DNA of 57,034 bases from Flavobacteriales bacterium (GCA_038154685.1 JAYPYW010000013.1:1-57034); one strand, 5' to 3'; counted from the stretch's first letter, positions 38,801-46,376 are shown. Translations and numbers: made by a program. The notes: generated by a model not told the origin, from the letters alone.

Positions 38801-41800
38801 GCAGCTAAACCAGTAACGGTATCATTTGTTTCCCCGCCTGCATCATACCAATCATAGGTATATGGACTAACACCTCCAGATGCTGAAACGCTTGCGCTAC
38901 TAGTATCAACACTTCCACAAGACGAATTATTTACAGTACCAACTAAAACAATATCTGTTGGCTCGGTTATAATAACCTCAGCAGTATCTAAACAACCATT
39001 TGCATCTTCAACCTCAACATTATAAGTACCTGCGCATAAGTTTGCTGCAATTGGATCAGTGTCTCCATCAGGAGAGTTGTACCAATCATAAGTAATTAAA
39101 CCAGTACCTCCAACTCCAAGTGCCGTTGCATCACCGTTACATTCTCCAAAACAAAGATTATGGGTTGTATCGGTAATAGAAGACGTTAACTCCAATGCCG
39201 GTTCCGTTAATGTAACTGTACCCGTATCTAAACATCCATTATCATCTCTTAATTCAAAATTCCATGTTCCAGCACAAAGGGTTGATAAGCTATCTCCTGT
39301 TGGGGCTCCTGGTACATCGTACCAAGTAATTGTATATGGAGATGTTCCACCAATTGGGGTCATTGCAGCAATACCATTACACTCATTTTTACATGGTAAG
39401 TTAACCTGAGTATCGATTGTATGTTCTAATGAATCTGGTTCAGATAAAATAACTAATGTTGTATCCACACAACCATTATTATCTTCTACTCTTACATTAT
39501 ATGAACCGGCACACTGACCAGCCGCATTTGGCGTTGTTGGTGTACCAACCGCATCATACCAACTATACAAATATGGTGATGTACCTCCTGAAGGAGTAAC
39601 ACTCATTTCACCGTTACAATCACCAAAACAAGTTGGTAAAGTAGCCGAGTTAATCGTTACAACCATAACTGCAGGCTCTTCGATAAATACAACATCAGTA
39701 TCACTACATCCATTATCATCTGTCACCTCAACATAATTAGGTCCAGCACATAAATTAAATGCCGTATCAGTTGTTTGATTTCCTGCTGAATACCAATCTA
39801 ATACCAAAGTACCAGTTCCTCCAGAATATGTTGCAAATGCTAAACCATCACAAACCCCATTACAATTAGCATTAGAAGAATCGTTTATCGCAATTGTGAC
39901 ACCATCAAGTGGTTCACGGATAATAACTTCAGATGTATCTAAACACCCATTGTTATCCGTAATTTCAACATGGTAAGTACCATCACATAAGTTTGTTATT
40001 CTATCTGTTGTAGGTGTTCCAGGAACATCATACCAATCGTAATTGTAAGATGTAACCCCACCAGCAACAGTAACCTCTGCAACACCAGTACAAGCATTTT
40101 TACATAAAATATGTACTGTATCTGTTATTGAGGAAGTAAGTGGTAAGGCTGGTTGAGTTAAAATTACTTGAGTTGTATCTGTACAACCGTTACCATCTGT
40201 CACCTCAACATTATAAGTTCCAGCTGGTAAATTATTAATTATAGCTGTACCAGGATCAGAAGGAGCATCGTACCAGCTATAATTATAAGTGGTAACCCCT
40301 CCAGTTTGGGAAACAGCTGCATCTCCCGTAAGATCTCCATTACAAAGAATATTTGTTGAGGAAATAATACTTGCAACAAGCGTATCCGGTTCAGTAATGG
40401 TCGCAGTAACAGTATCTAAACAACCATTATTATCTGTAATTTCAACATTATAAGTTCCAGCGCAAAGACCTGTTACATCCTCAGATGTTGGAGTACCCGG
40501 AACATCATACCAATCGAAGTTATAGGTAGTAACTCCTCCTGTTGGATTTAAATCAATTTCACCAATACAATTACTCTTACAATCCACCATCGTTAAAGTA
40601 GTTGTTCCAGTTAGTTCTGTTGGTTCAGTGATTTTAACAACAGAAGTATCTAAACATCCATTACCGTCTGTTACCTCAACATTATAAGTTCCAGCACATA
40701 AATTATTTATGGTTGAATCTGTAATTCCACCTGGTGCATCATACCAATCATAGCTATAACCAGAAGTTCCTCCTGCAGGAGTAACGATTGCAATTCCATC
40801 ACAATCTCCAAAACATAAATTATGGGTTGTATCTGTTATACTCGATGATAATACAGAAGCTGGTTGAGTAATAGTAACAGTAGAAGTATCCAAACAACCA
40901 TTATCATCCTCTACTTCTATATTATACGTTCCAGCAATTACATTAGTTAATCTTTGAGCTGTAGGAGTACCCGCAGCATCATACCAAGAATAAGTATAGC
41001 CTGATGTTCCTCCAACAGGAGTTACTTCTGCTTCTCCGGTTGCATCACCATTACATAGCACATGAACTGTATCCGTAATAGATGATGTTAGGAGTGTAGG
41101 TTCTGTGATTGTAACTTGAGCTGTATCTAAACAACCACTATAATCTGTTACCTCAACATTATATGTTCCAGGTGCTAAATTTGTAACAGCAGGTGTTGTT
41201 GCAGTTGGTACTCTATCGTACCAATCGTAAGTATAAGGTGTTGTTCCTCCAGCAACTCCAGCTGTTGCCGTACCATCTTTAGCCCCGAAACATTGAACAT
41301 GTGTAAAAGAAGAAATACTAGCTACCAACTCTGTTGGTTGAGTGATTGTAATTTCGGCAGTATCTAAACAACCCTTTCCATCTGTAACTTCAACGTGATA
41401 AGTTCCCTGACAAAGGTTAATAGCCTGCGGTGTGCTTGGTGTTCCTGGCGCATCATACCAATCGTAAGTATATCCTGTAAAACCAGGAGTACCTCCAGAA
41501 GGTGTAACCGTAGCATCCCCCGTACAATCAGAAAAACAGAATACATGGGTTGTATCTGTTATTGCTGTAGTTAATAAAGTAGGTTCCTCAACTGTCCATA
41601 CTGGCCCATCTTGCGAACAACCAACATCATCAGTAACGTTTAAACCATATGTTCCAGCAGAAAGCCCTGGAACAGAAAGTCTTTGTGAGCTCGGCGGAAT
41701 AAACAAAGTCGTCATGTTAGCCTGGGCTGTTGGGTCATCCCAAGCGTATGTATAAGGCTGAATTCCTCCAAAAACAAAAACGGTAAGTTCTCCATCTGAA

Positions 41801-42621
41801 CCTCCATTACAATCTACACTATCAATAGGTGGAACTAAACTTATGGTTAATGGCGAAGGACCATCAACCTGAATATCCGAAATAATAAACGGTAAACCAT
41901 CCGATAAATCATATAGTACGCAAGTATATTTACCTGGAGCTAAACCAGTAACTGAGGCTGTTCCATCACCAGTGATAGGTTTTGGATACCAATCATAAGA
42001 AAACGGACCAACTCCGTCATTTGGAGATAATGTGATCGATCCATTCGCTCCACATGTAGCATCTACAATAGTTGTATCAACCGAGCTTACAATTAAAGGC
42101 TTAACCCCTTCTATTTTATTCTTGTAAACGTCATTAAAAGCTTGTTTTCCAAAAAACTCTCCAACATCAAATTTCTTGTACTTATAATCACTGCTAGTTC
42201 CAGTCATCGCAGCACTTCCCTTAAATTCGTTAATGAATTTAACCGAAGTATTTATTCTTCCTGAAACAATTAAACTAGTTGACTCAGCACCAATTAACTT
42301 GATTTGATTAGAAAGTTCAGAAAAATCTAACGTTTTAGCATATGAAATGTTAGAAATATTGACGGTTTCTCCATCTGAAAACCCAGAATTGGCATCGAAA
42401 ATAACATCTTCTGAAAGCGTCGGAGCTGAAGCATCGGAAGCACCTCCACTGGTGTATGACCAATGGCTTAAGTCGCCCCAATTTCCTTGTCCGCCAACCC
42501 AATACTTTTGCCCAAAAAGTACTGTGTTCAGACAAAGTAAAACGACCAACAAAAGTCCTTTTTTAATCTCTTTAGTAGTTCTCAACTCGTAGTTATTATA
42601 CCGTATATGTCTGTAAATCAA
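29878..42621 (-). CDS. giant SprB-type cell-surface adhesin (4247 aa) with a T9SS type-B sorting domain
   Basis: One uninterrupted 12.7-kb ORF. The N-terminus contains YWVGGQGNWGDLSHWS. About 49 SprB-like repeats follow, of the form C.G.C.G...GG..PY.Y.W....L(C)AGTY.VEVTD.NGC.DT, then two Ig-like modules and the tail FPDGITPNGDGLNETW...GTYYYVI. The only start codon before the signal peptide is TTG at 42619-42621. Confidence 0.9.
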   Translation of the reverse strand: MIYRHIRYNNYELRTTKEIKKGLLLVVLLCLNTVLFGQKYWVGGQGNWGDLSHWSYTSGGASDASAPTLSEDVIFDANSGFSDGETVNISNISYAKTLDFSELSNQIKLIGAESTSLIVSGRINTSVKFINEFKGSAAMTGTSSDYKYKKFDVGEFFGKQAFNDVYKNKIEGVKPLIVSSVDTTIVDATCGANGSITLSPNDGVGPFSYDWYPKPITGDGTASVTGLAPGKYTCVLYDLSDGLPFIISDIQVDGPSPLTISLVPPIDSVDCNGGSDGELTVFVFGGIQPYTYAWDDPTAQANMTTLFIPPSSQRLSVPGLSAGTYGLNVTDDVGCSQDGPVWTVEEPTLLTTAITDTTHVFCFSDCTGDATVTPSGGTPGFTGYTYDWYDAPGTPSTPQAINLCQGTYHVEVTDGKGCLDTAEITITQPTELVASISSFTHVQCFGAKDGTATAGVAGGTTPYTYDWYDRVPTATTPAVTNLAPGTYNVEVTDYSGCLDTAQVTITEPTLLTSSITDTVHVLCNGDATGEAEVTPVGGTSGYTYSWYDAAGTPTAQRLTNVIAGTYNIEVEDDNGCLDTSTVTITQPASVLSSSITDTTHNLCFGDCDGIAIVTPAGGTSGYSYDWYDAPGGITDSTINNLCAGTYNVEVTDGNGCLDTSVVKITEPTELTGTTTLTMVDCKSNCIGEIDLNPTGGVTTYNFDWYDVPGTPTSEDVTGLCAGTYNVEITDNNGCLDTVTATITEPDTLVASIISSTNILCNGDLTGDAAVSQTGGVTTYNYSWYDAPSDPGTAIINNLPAGTYNVEVTDGNGCTDTTQVILTQPALPLTSSITDTVHILCKNACTGVAEVTVAGGVTSYNYDWYDVPGTPTTDRITNLCDGTYHVEITDNNGCLDTSEVIIREPLDGVTIAINDSSNANCNGVCDGLAFATYSGGTGTLVLDWYSAGNQTTDTAFNLCAGPNYVEVTDDNGCSDTDVVFIEEPAVMVVTINSATLPTCFGDCNGEMSVTPSGGTSPYLYSWYDAVGTPTTPNAAGQCAGSYNVRVEDNNGCVDTTLVILSEPDSLEHTIDTQVNLPCKNECNGIAAMTPIGGTSPYTITWYDVPGAPTGDSLSTLCAGTWNFELRDDNGCLDTGTVTLTEPALELTSSITDTTHNLCFGECNGDATALGVGGTGLITYDWYNSPDGDTDPIAANLCAGTYNVEVEDANGCLDTAEVIITEPTDIVLVGTVNNSSCGSVDTSSASVSASGGVSPYTYDWYDAGGETNDTVTGLAAGTYHCEVTDANGCVDTLEVIVSPPALLVTSIAADTIHNACFGDCDGYAFILRSGGTEPYTYDWYNVPGTPTIRFAEDLCAGTYNCEVTDALGCLDTVEVEIREPTLLISDADSAEASCFGVCDGRAWVDYSGGTSPYTVDWLNAGNQTTDTISSLCTGTYQVEITDFNGCLDTSEVTVTAPVVVTSSITDTTHLTCYNDCDGQAIVTPAGGSLPYTYSWFNAPGLETDSTANNLCFGTYNVEVRDNNGCVDTSEVSITSTSPQLVGNMDSVLTLCVGSADGQAIIDATGGIAPLTLDWYDAGNQTTDTATGLIAGVYNVEVTDFLGCIDTFDVEVTEPDTLRAIISDTTHLVCFGDSNGVAISTPIGGNAPYTYNWFDAPTVSTDSTVTGLPAGTWQVEVTDANGCVDTGSVTITQPTVLVLGSDSIQATCTGICTGAAIVIPSGATAPYSYDWYDAGGVNNDTLNLVCAGLYNVEVTDNNGCIDTLEVEVTEPVTITATPVDSSAANCHNTNEGWAAITGVGGTAPYSFWWDDPLNQTNDTATALYGGVYRAAVTDLNGCSDTVSITVNAPDSILPNDSLVNISCKDACDGFIRIAVSGGTRGAGYTHSWNTASVDTFLTALCPGTYVDTITDGIGCVDTFTFVITEPDSLYALFSDTTHVACSYSSNGQAIVTPTGGTPIYTYDWYDVPGGDTDSVASGISPGTYHVEVTDANGCIDTGEIVISSPAPIVMTSDSVESTCSGICNGIAIISIAGGTSPYTYDWYENGNIDNDSIYNLCADTFSVAVVDSNGCRDTAEVIVTQPVTVTASIVDTNQTTCYLGSDGWAVIAGAGGTAPYTYWWNDPLNQTNDTAVGLTPGTYRAAITDFNGCSDTIDVVIEQPAAWSHVKDSTAASCYEVCDGIITITPGGGNGAPYTHTWSNGSSSPSIIGLCDGIYTDTISDALGCLDTISVEITQPDSLEAQPTLIQNVVCFGDSTGFVHGAGTGGTGPYSYEWGDPIFATGDTINMVADTIRMIITDANGCKDTNGIRITEPAELITSIVDTIHANCICNAEAIVGVTGGVYPYTYLWNDLNVTTDSIADSLCTGSYFVETTDLNGCTDTAYVTIRDTSVFSISITDTTHVTCNSICNGGAIVTPILGSAPFTYAWTDPAATTDSTVTGLCAGVVNVTVTDSVGCIRFASVTINQPDSLIGTPMFTSPLCFGDTNGVAWVDVTGGTGPYFHSWDTTSVGDTVYNIGVGFYTDTITDANGCMDTVTVAVTEPALLQAMLDSANISCFGSMDGTVWSEPTGGTTPFTYEWNDPSSATTDTVTGLDIGTYTAIVTDFNGCKDTDSVAITQPLPLASSITDTSHVACFCTGVASVTPTGGTAPYSYLWSNASTDSTASALCAGSYWVEVTDFNGCTDTSYVTIRDTSGFVTDIVDSIMNGCFGLCNGSALARAENGVQPYDFQWDDPALTNDSLVNGLCAGTYTVTITDLVGCTQIQSVTITAPDSIELSLLDTMVNCNGACDGSARAVLAGGTPPYYFDWLDPALDDSAYVDSLCAGDYIVEVLDDNGCFVTDTVTIAEPAELIAFISPFSHVSCFGESDASLTALPTGGTAPFDYSWSSGELTQMIAGKGPGLYTVTVTDTLGCVDDTSLTITEPTVLASSITDTAHILCGGTLTGSATVTPTGGTMPYTYDWFDAPGTPSDSVATNLPAGTYRVAVIDANGCSDTSTVTITEPTVFSTAITSSTTTSCTVCDGTAAVTPTGGVLPYSYDWFDAPGSITDSSATALCAAIYNVEVTDANGCVDTSQVVITGPGGLTAGVFDTTMVSCNGLSDGMAVANGVAGTAPYTYLWDDIATTANDTVANLPAGTFNVTVTDDAGCIATAIVTITEPDVLVASIADTNATGCASPCTGSATAGVIGGTGPYDYLWNDWAAQTTVTAVNICAGEYIVNVTDANGCTDTSVATVTGPGGLTVAIDSVVNISCFGACDGNAAITPSGGVKPYDVIWNDPLFTADTVVTGLCGGIVNAQVTDDNGCLAFANVNIIEPTLLEVTIVDSTDVTCNLGSDGWAAANISGGTLPYIITWNDAAVTTNDTVTGLVAGTYTITVVDANGCSETASVTIEQPTAITVSTSGIVPVLCTGFCIGEATLTVSGGTIGSGYSYLWEDGQTSPAATGLCSGFQTYTVTDGAGCAFVDSVEIEDLNDFNVTITGTAASCSGDCDGTVLSTPTGGTLPYTHSWDNGSTSDAQSALCPGVYVDTVFDAGGCFVVDSFRVVDPSLMVVDIIDSTDVSCFGLCDGMAVANATGGTAPYTYTWYNAPVVQINDTVVGLCANDYFVRAEDAAGCTAEDTVVLSAPPRITVLLDASTPASCSDRCDATADVSATGGRGTLSITWEDGDASLSRTALCPGEYVVYATDDSSCVDSVEFAISSPDTLFAIITDTTHLECSTVPSGAATVGEVGGTGPYTYNWYDAGGATGSVVTGLTADTFHVEVTDFNGCLDTAQVIINDDNALRANLIVTNISCNGLCDGKVVADVTGGAEPYVFNWVETGTSGDSIEGLCAGNYNLTVTDFNLCPSSAAGLVIEPSVLTSSIVDSSNLDCYEVCDGFATVSPSGGTGPYTYQWNDPADQTAITATGLCAETYKVVVTDSRGCLDSSYAYLTQPDEITAAISVSDASCSNTTDGSFDITSSGGTPGYTYTWTNDDGFSSTDEDPSGLAVGSYNVTILDANGCSAIDSATVGAIVTINAFAGNDTTICDADSITFNATGGSIYSWNDGGTSATHTVGPTSTTQYILTVFDSGCTDFDTVVVNVNDRPDISIFTDDELILTGGSAQLIASGAGAGGTYDWEPPFGLNDPTIANPIVSGIQGTTYIVTGTDVNGCADTAMISINVATTIIFPDGITPNGDGLNETWVIQLIQEFPDAVVQIFNRWGQKVFESVGYQDEWDGTMNGKKLPVGTYYYVIDLGPDQEKYTGPITLMR
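29881..30138 (-). other. T9SS type-B (CHU_C / gliding motility-associated) C-terminal sorting domain of the giant protein
   Basis: The last ~86 aa read IIFPDGITPNGDGLNETWVIQLIQEFPDAVVQIFNRWGQKVFES...WDGTMNGKKLPVGTYYYVIDL...ITLMR. Confidence 0.85.
30586..42084 (-). repeat. coding tandem-repeat array: about 49 SprB-type repeats of about 78 aa (about 234 nt)
   Basis: Manual count along the protein from aa 180 to aa 4012. The boundaries were checked against the nucleotide sequence: Ile4012 is at 30586-30588. Confidence 0.8.
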
Positions 42622-42725
42622 AAACTTGACTGCAAACCGACTTTTTATTGTACGACGAAATTAACAAAGGGTTTCCTAAACCACTAAAAAAACTAGGGTT
42701 TTTGTTGTTAATAAAATTTTTTGGG

Positions 42726-43121
42726 CTAATTTTTAGAACAAGGATATTGAGCTGCGAAATTCTTTCCTTTCACGATTTGTCCGCACCTAAAACAAGTGAA
42801 TTGTTCGGCTAATATTTCTTCCGTTTTATTGTAATCAAATGTAATTTCTTCTCCGGTATTAATATTTCTATTAGCTACAAATGTTCTATTCAATAAATCA
42901 ATATTTCCATCACACTGATGATTAATATACATTACTGGTTCTTTCACGTTGATGTGTAAATTCTTTCCAACTTGAACGGAATAACGATTTGGGACAGAAA
43001 TTTCTTCGCCTTCTACTAAACAAACAACCTCACCTTTTATGTAATCTCTTTTGGCAATTAAGGCCTTAAATCCGTCTTTTTCAACTACTTCTACAGTTTC
43101 GTTTTCCCAAGTAACTTCCAT
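42726..43121 (-). CDS. SET-domain protein (putative protein-lysine methyltransferase)
   Basis: 131 aa with YINHQCDGN (the NHxCxPN-type motif), GEEITFDY and a C-terminal Cys cluster FTCFRCGQ...YPC. ATG start. It is co-oriented with the giant gene and lies 104 nt upstream of it. Confidence 0.8.
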   Translation of the reverse strand: MEVTWENETVEVVEKDGFKALIAKRDYIKGEVVCLVEGEEISVPNRYSVQVGKNLHINVKEPVMYINHQCDGNIDLLNRTFVANRNINTGEEITFDYNKTEEILAEQFTCFRCGQIVKGKNFAAQYPCSKN

Positions 43122-43202
43122 AAACCAAAATTAATTGAAACTAATTTGAAAATAATTATGAAGCTATAGGCTTTGAAGCCCCATAGTTTTCCACATTTTA
43201 GT

Positions 43203-43210
43203 TACATTTG
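43203..43210 (+). promoter_or_regulatory. candidate -7 promoter box for ppc
   Basis: TACATTTG matches TAnnTTTG, 35 nt upstream of the ATG at 43245. Confidence 0.3.
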
Positions 43211-43244
43211 TTAATAACGTTAAACCACGAATTTCTAGCTATAT

Positions 43245-45848
43245 ATGGATTTAAGTTCTAAGTTCAGTAATAAAGTTGCAGCTAAGTATCAGATATACAA
43301 CAGCTTGTTCCTTACACTTCCTTTTGAGGAAATCACAAATACTGGTGTTTTATTACCAGTTTTATTCAAAGAATGTCAAGAAGGATTTGAAAATAAATTG
43401 GATCCAACTCAAATAGTTGACACTTTCTTTAAAAAGCACGCTGGTGTGAAAAAAGAGAGCGACAAAATTGAGTTGCTTTTCAAATTTATCCAATATATCG
43501 AGCGTCAGGTTGTACTTTTTGATGCAGTTGAAGATGCTGCTTTTGAGCAAATCAACGACCTAAATGGAAATGGTACTGTTAGGTATGTATTTAACAGAGC
43601 AGTTTCTCAGCAAAGAGTAGACAAGCTTATTAAGAAATTAGAAGACTTTAAAGTAAGAATCGTTCTTACTGCTCACCCAACTCAGTTTTACCCTGGTAGA
43701 GTTTTATCTATTATAGGAGAGTTGGAAACAGCAATTAGAGATTCGAATCTTCAAAAAATCAACGAACTTTTACAACAATTAGGTAGAACTGCATTTGTAT
43801 CTAAAGAAAAGCCAACTCCATATGATGAGGCAATTAGATTAATGTGGTATTTAGAAAACGTATTCTACCACTCTGTTGGAAATGTTCACTCAAGAGTAAG
43901 AAGAGAGTTAGCTAAACAAGGTGTAACTGATTACGATAAGGATATCATCAATATCGGATTCTGGCCATGTGGTGACCGTGACGGTAACCCATTTGTAACT
44001 GCTGATGTTACTTTAGAAACTGCTCGTCAGTTAAGACATAAAATCTTTATTTGTTACTTCCGTGATGCGAAAAAACTTAGAAAGAGAATGACTTTTACTG
44101 GTGTTGATGAATTAGCGGAGAAGGTTTACAACAAACTTTCATCTACTATTTTCAACACTAAAGGAAGAAGATACCAAACTGCTCAGGAGATCATTAACGA
44201 TCTTGAAGCAATCAAGAAATACGTTGTTAAACATCACCAAGGTTTATTTGTTGATGTTGTTGATGACTTTATTGTTAAGGTTAAATTATTTGGTTTCCAC
44301 TTTACTAATATGGACATCCGTCAGGATTCAAGAATCCACGGACAAGTATTAGCTGAGGTTTTCGACGCTGCTGCAGCTGGAAAGTTAGGAGATACTGTAA
44401 AAGGTAAGATGCCAAAGAACTACGAAAAGCTTACTGAGAAAAAGCAAATCGAAGTACTTACTCAATTAGAAGGAAACATCGAACCAGAATTATTCGAAAC
44501 TGAAATCGTTAGAGAAACTTTAAAATCTTTCTACGTTATGAAAACAGTTCAGGATGAAAATGGAGAAACTGGTTGTCATAGATACATCATTTCAAATACT
44601 CAATCTGCTAAAAACTTATTTGAAGTCTACGCTTTAGCAAGAATTTGTGGTTGGAAGCAAGATGAAATGACTTTCGACATTGTTCCGCTTTTAGAAACTG
44701 TTGAAGATTTAGCTAACGGTGAAGAAATCTTAGGATTTATGTACAATCACCCTGTTTATGCTCAGCACTTAAAAGCAAGAGGTAAGCGCCAATACGTAAT
44801 GTTAGGATTCTCTGATGGTACTAAAGATGGTGGTTATTTAAAAGCTAACTGGTCGATCTTTACTGCTAAAGAAAACCTTTCAGGAATTTCTAAAAAGAAT
44901 AGAGTTAAGATTGTATTCTTCGACGGACGTGGTGGACCTCCTGCTAGAGGTGGTGGTAACACGAACAAGTTCTACTCTTCATTAGGAGATAAAATTGAAG
45001 ACAACGAAATTCAATTAACTATCCAAGGTCAGACGATCTCGTCTAACTTTGGAACATTGAACTCGTCGCAATATAACCTGGAGCAGTTCTTCTGCGCAGG
45101 TTTAGAAAACTTCGTATTTAAAGGTGATGTTGCTAAGTTGAACGACAAGCAAAGAGAAATCATGAATGATTTAGCTGAACTTGGATTCCAAGCATACTCA
45201 GACTTTAAAGAAGATCCTAAGTTTATCGATTACTTAGAGGACGTTTCTGTTCTTCAGTACTACGGTAAAACAAACATTGGATCACGTCCATCTAAGCGTA
45301 AAGCTGCTGCTAAATTATCTTTAGGTGATTTAAGAGCAATTCCTTTTGTTGGAGCTTGGACGCAGATGAAGCAAAACGTACCAGGTTTTTACGGAGTTGG
45401 GGCAGCGCTAAAGAAATACGAAGATGAAGGTAGATTAGATGAGGTTAAAGATTTCTACGCGAAGTCATTATTCTTCCGTACGCTTATTGATAACTCAATG
45501 CAATCGATTTGTAAAACTTACTTCCCACTTACTTCTTACCTTGAAAAGGATAAGAAATTCGGTAAGTTCTGGAAAGGTATTTACAAAGAATACGAGCAAA
45601 CGAAGCGTTTATTATTAGAGATTTCTGGCCAGAAAGAATTACTAGAAAAGTCTCCAAACATAAGAGCTTCAATCGAATTAAGAGAAAACATTATTCTTCC
45701 TTTAATTACTATTCAGCAATACGCTTTAATGCAAGTTAAAGCCATTGAGAAAGGTGAAAGAAAAGGAGAAAAATGGAAAGCTGCTTACGAAAAGATGATC
45801 ATTAGAGCATTCTTCGGAAGTATTAATGCTTCTAGAAACGCAGCTTAA
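43245..45848 (+). CDS. ppc: phosphoenolpyruvate carboxylase
   Basis: 867 aa with the VLTAHPTQ and FDGRGGPPARGGG signatures. Confidence 0.95.
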   Translation: MDLSSKFSNKVAAKYQIYNSLFLTLPFEEITNTGVLLPVLFKECQEGFENKLDPTQIVDTFFKKHAGVKKESDKIELLFKFIQYIERQVVLFDAVEDAAFEQINDLNGNGTVRYVFNRAVSQQRVDKLIKKLEDFKVRIVLTAHPTQFYPGRVLSIIGELETAIRDSNLQKINELLQQLGRTAFVSKEKPTPYDEAIRLMWYLENVFYHSVGNVHSRVRRELAKQGVTDYDKDIINIGFWPCGDRDGNPFVTADVTLETARQLRHKIFICYFRDAKKLRKRMTFTGVDELAEKVYNKLSSTIFNTKGRRYQTAQEIINDLEAIKKYVVKHHQGLFVDVVDDFIVKVKLFGFHFTNMDIRQDSRIHGQVLAEVFDAAAAGKLGDTVKGKMPKNYEKLTEKKQIEVLTQLEGNIEPELFETEIVRETLKSFYVMKTVQDENGETGCHRYIISNTQSAKNLFEVYALARICGWKQDEMTFDIVPLLETVEDLANGEEILGFMYNHPVYAQHLKARGKRQYVMLGFSDGTKDGGYLKANWSIFTAKENLSGISKKNRVKIVFFDGRGGPPARGGGNTNKFYSSLGDKIEDNEIQLTIQGQTISSNFGTLNSSQYNLEQFFCAGLENFVFKGDVAKLNDKQREIMNDLAELGFQAYSDFKEDPKFIDYLEDVSVLQYYGKTNIGSRPSKRKAAAKLSLGDLRAIPFVGAWTQMKQNVPGFYGVGAALKKYEDEGRLDEVKDFYAKSLFFRTLIDNSMQSICKTYFPLTSYLEKDKKFGKFWKGIYKEYEQTKRLLLEISGQKELLEKSPNIRASIELRENIILPLITIQQYALMQVKAIEKGERKGEKWKAAYEKMIIRAFFGSINASRNAA

Positions 45849-45868
45849 GATTTTAATATTTTTAAATG

Positions 45869-45900
45869 AAAGGGTAGGTTTTCGCCTACCCTTTCTTTTT
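45869..45900 (+). terminator. intrinsic terminator of ppc
   Basis: aaagggtagg-ttttcg-cctacccttt (10-bp stem) followed by cttttt. Confidence 0.8.
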
Positions 45901-45911
45901 AAATTTATAAT

Positions 45912-46376
45912 ATGAATTCAGAAAACATAGCTGAAAATCCAAAAAAGCAGGAGCGTTACGATAAGGCTTACTTAAGAATGGCTGCCGAGTGGGCCAAACT
46001 AAGTCATTGTACACGTAAACAAGTGGGGGCTATTATCGTTAAGGACAATATCATTATCGCTGATGGTTTTAATGGAACACCTACTGGTTTCGACAATTGC
46101 TGCGAGGATGATAAAGGAGAAACTCATTGGTACGTTTTACACGCAGAAGCGAATGCCATCTTAAAATTATCTAGATCCAATAATCGTGGTCAGAATTCAA
46201 CGCTTTATATAACGCTATCACCTTGTAAAGACTGTGCTAAATTGGTTTTACAAGCAGGAATTAAAAGAGTTGTTTATATGAAAGGTTACAAGGATTGTAC
46301 GGGTATCGATTTTCTTGAAAAGGCAGGTATTGAGGTAACTCAAATTGAAGACCCATTTGAAAATAATGAGGGATAA
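45912..46376 (+). CDS. dCMP deaminase (ComEB-type cytidine/deoxycytidylate deaminase)
   Basis: 154 aa with the zinc motifs HAEANAI and PCKDCAKLV. Confidence 0.9.
   Translation: MNSENIAENPKKQERYDKAYLRMAAEWAKLSHCTRKQVGAIIVKDNIIIADGFNGTPTGFDNCCEDDKGETHWYVLHAEANAILKLSRSNNRGQNSTLYITLSPCKDCAKLVLQAGIKRVVYMKGYKDCTGIDFLEKAGIEVTQIEDPFENNEG

Noticed and set aside
30586-42084. The possibility that the highly regular ~234-nt periodicity is a CRISPR array or satellite.
   Set aside because: The repeats are divergent at the nucleotide level and in one continuous reading frame with conserved protein motifs. There is no alternation of unique spacers with identical repeats, and there are no cas genes.
30586-42084. 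The possibility that a diversity-generating retroelement or a cassette-switching system acts on the variable repeats.
   Set aside because: The window has no reverse transcriptase, no template repeat with adenine-specific differences, no silent cassettes outside the ORF and no invertase.
30156-42592. Plus-strand ORFs of 60-81 aa, and short minus-strand out-of-frame ORFs, inside the giant gene (for example 30156..30362, 32789..33025, 37649..37852, 42347..42592, 31548..31733, 36705..36899).
   Set aside because: All lie inside the uninterrupted 12.7-kb minus-strand ORF. Their translations are low-complexity and mirror the repeat codons. They are shadow ORFs generated by the biased Gly/Thr/Asp/Val codon content.
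25477-43121. The possibility of a genomic island integrated at tRNA-Arg, covering the AraC gene, the SRPBCC gene, the decayed cargo gene and the adhesin operon.
   Set aside because: I found no integrase or recombinase, no direct repeat of the tRNA 3' end anywhere downstream by eye, and no mobility genes. The adhesin genes are typical core surface genes of gliding Bacteroidota. This cannot be fully excluded without a comparison with related genomes.
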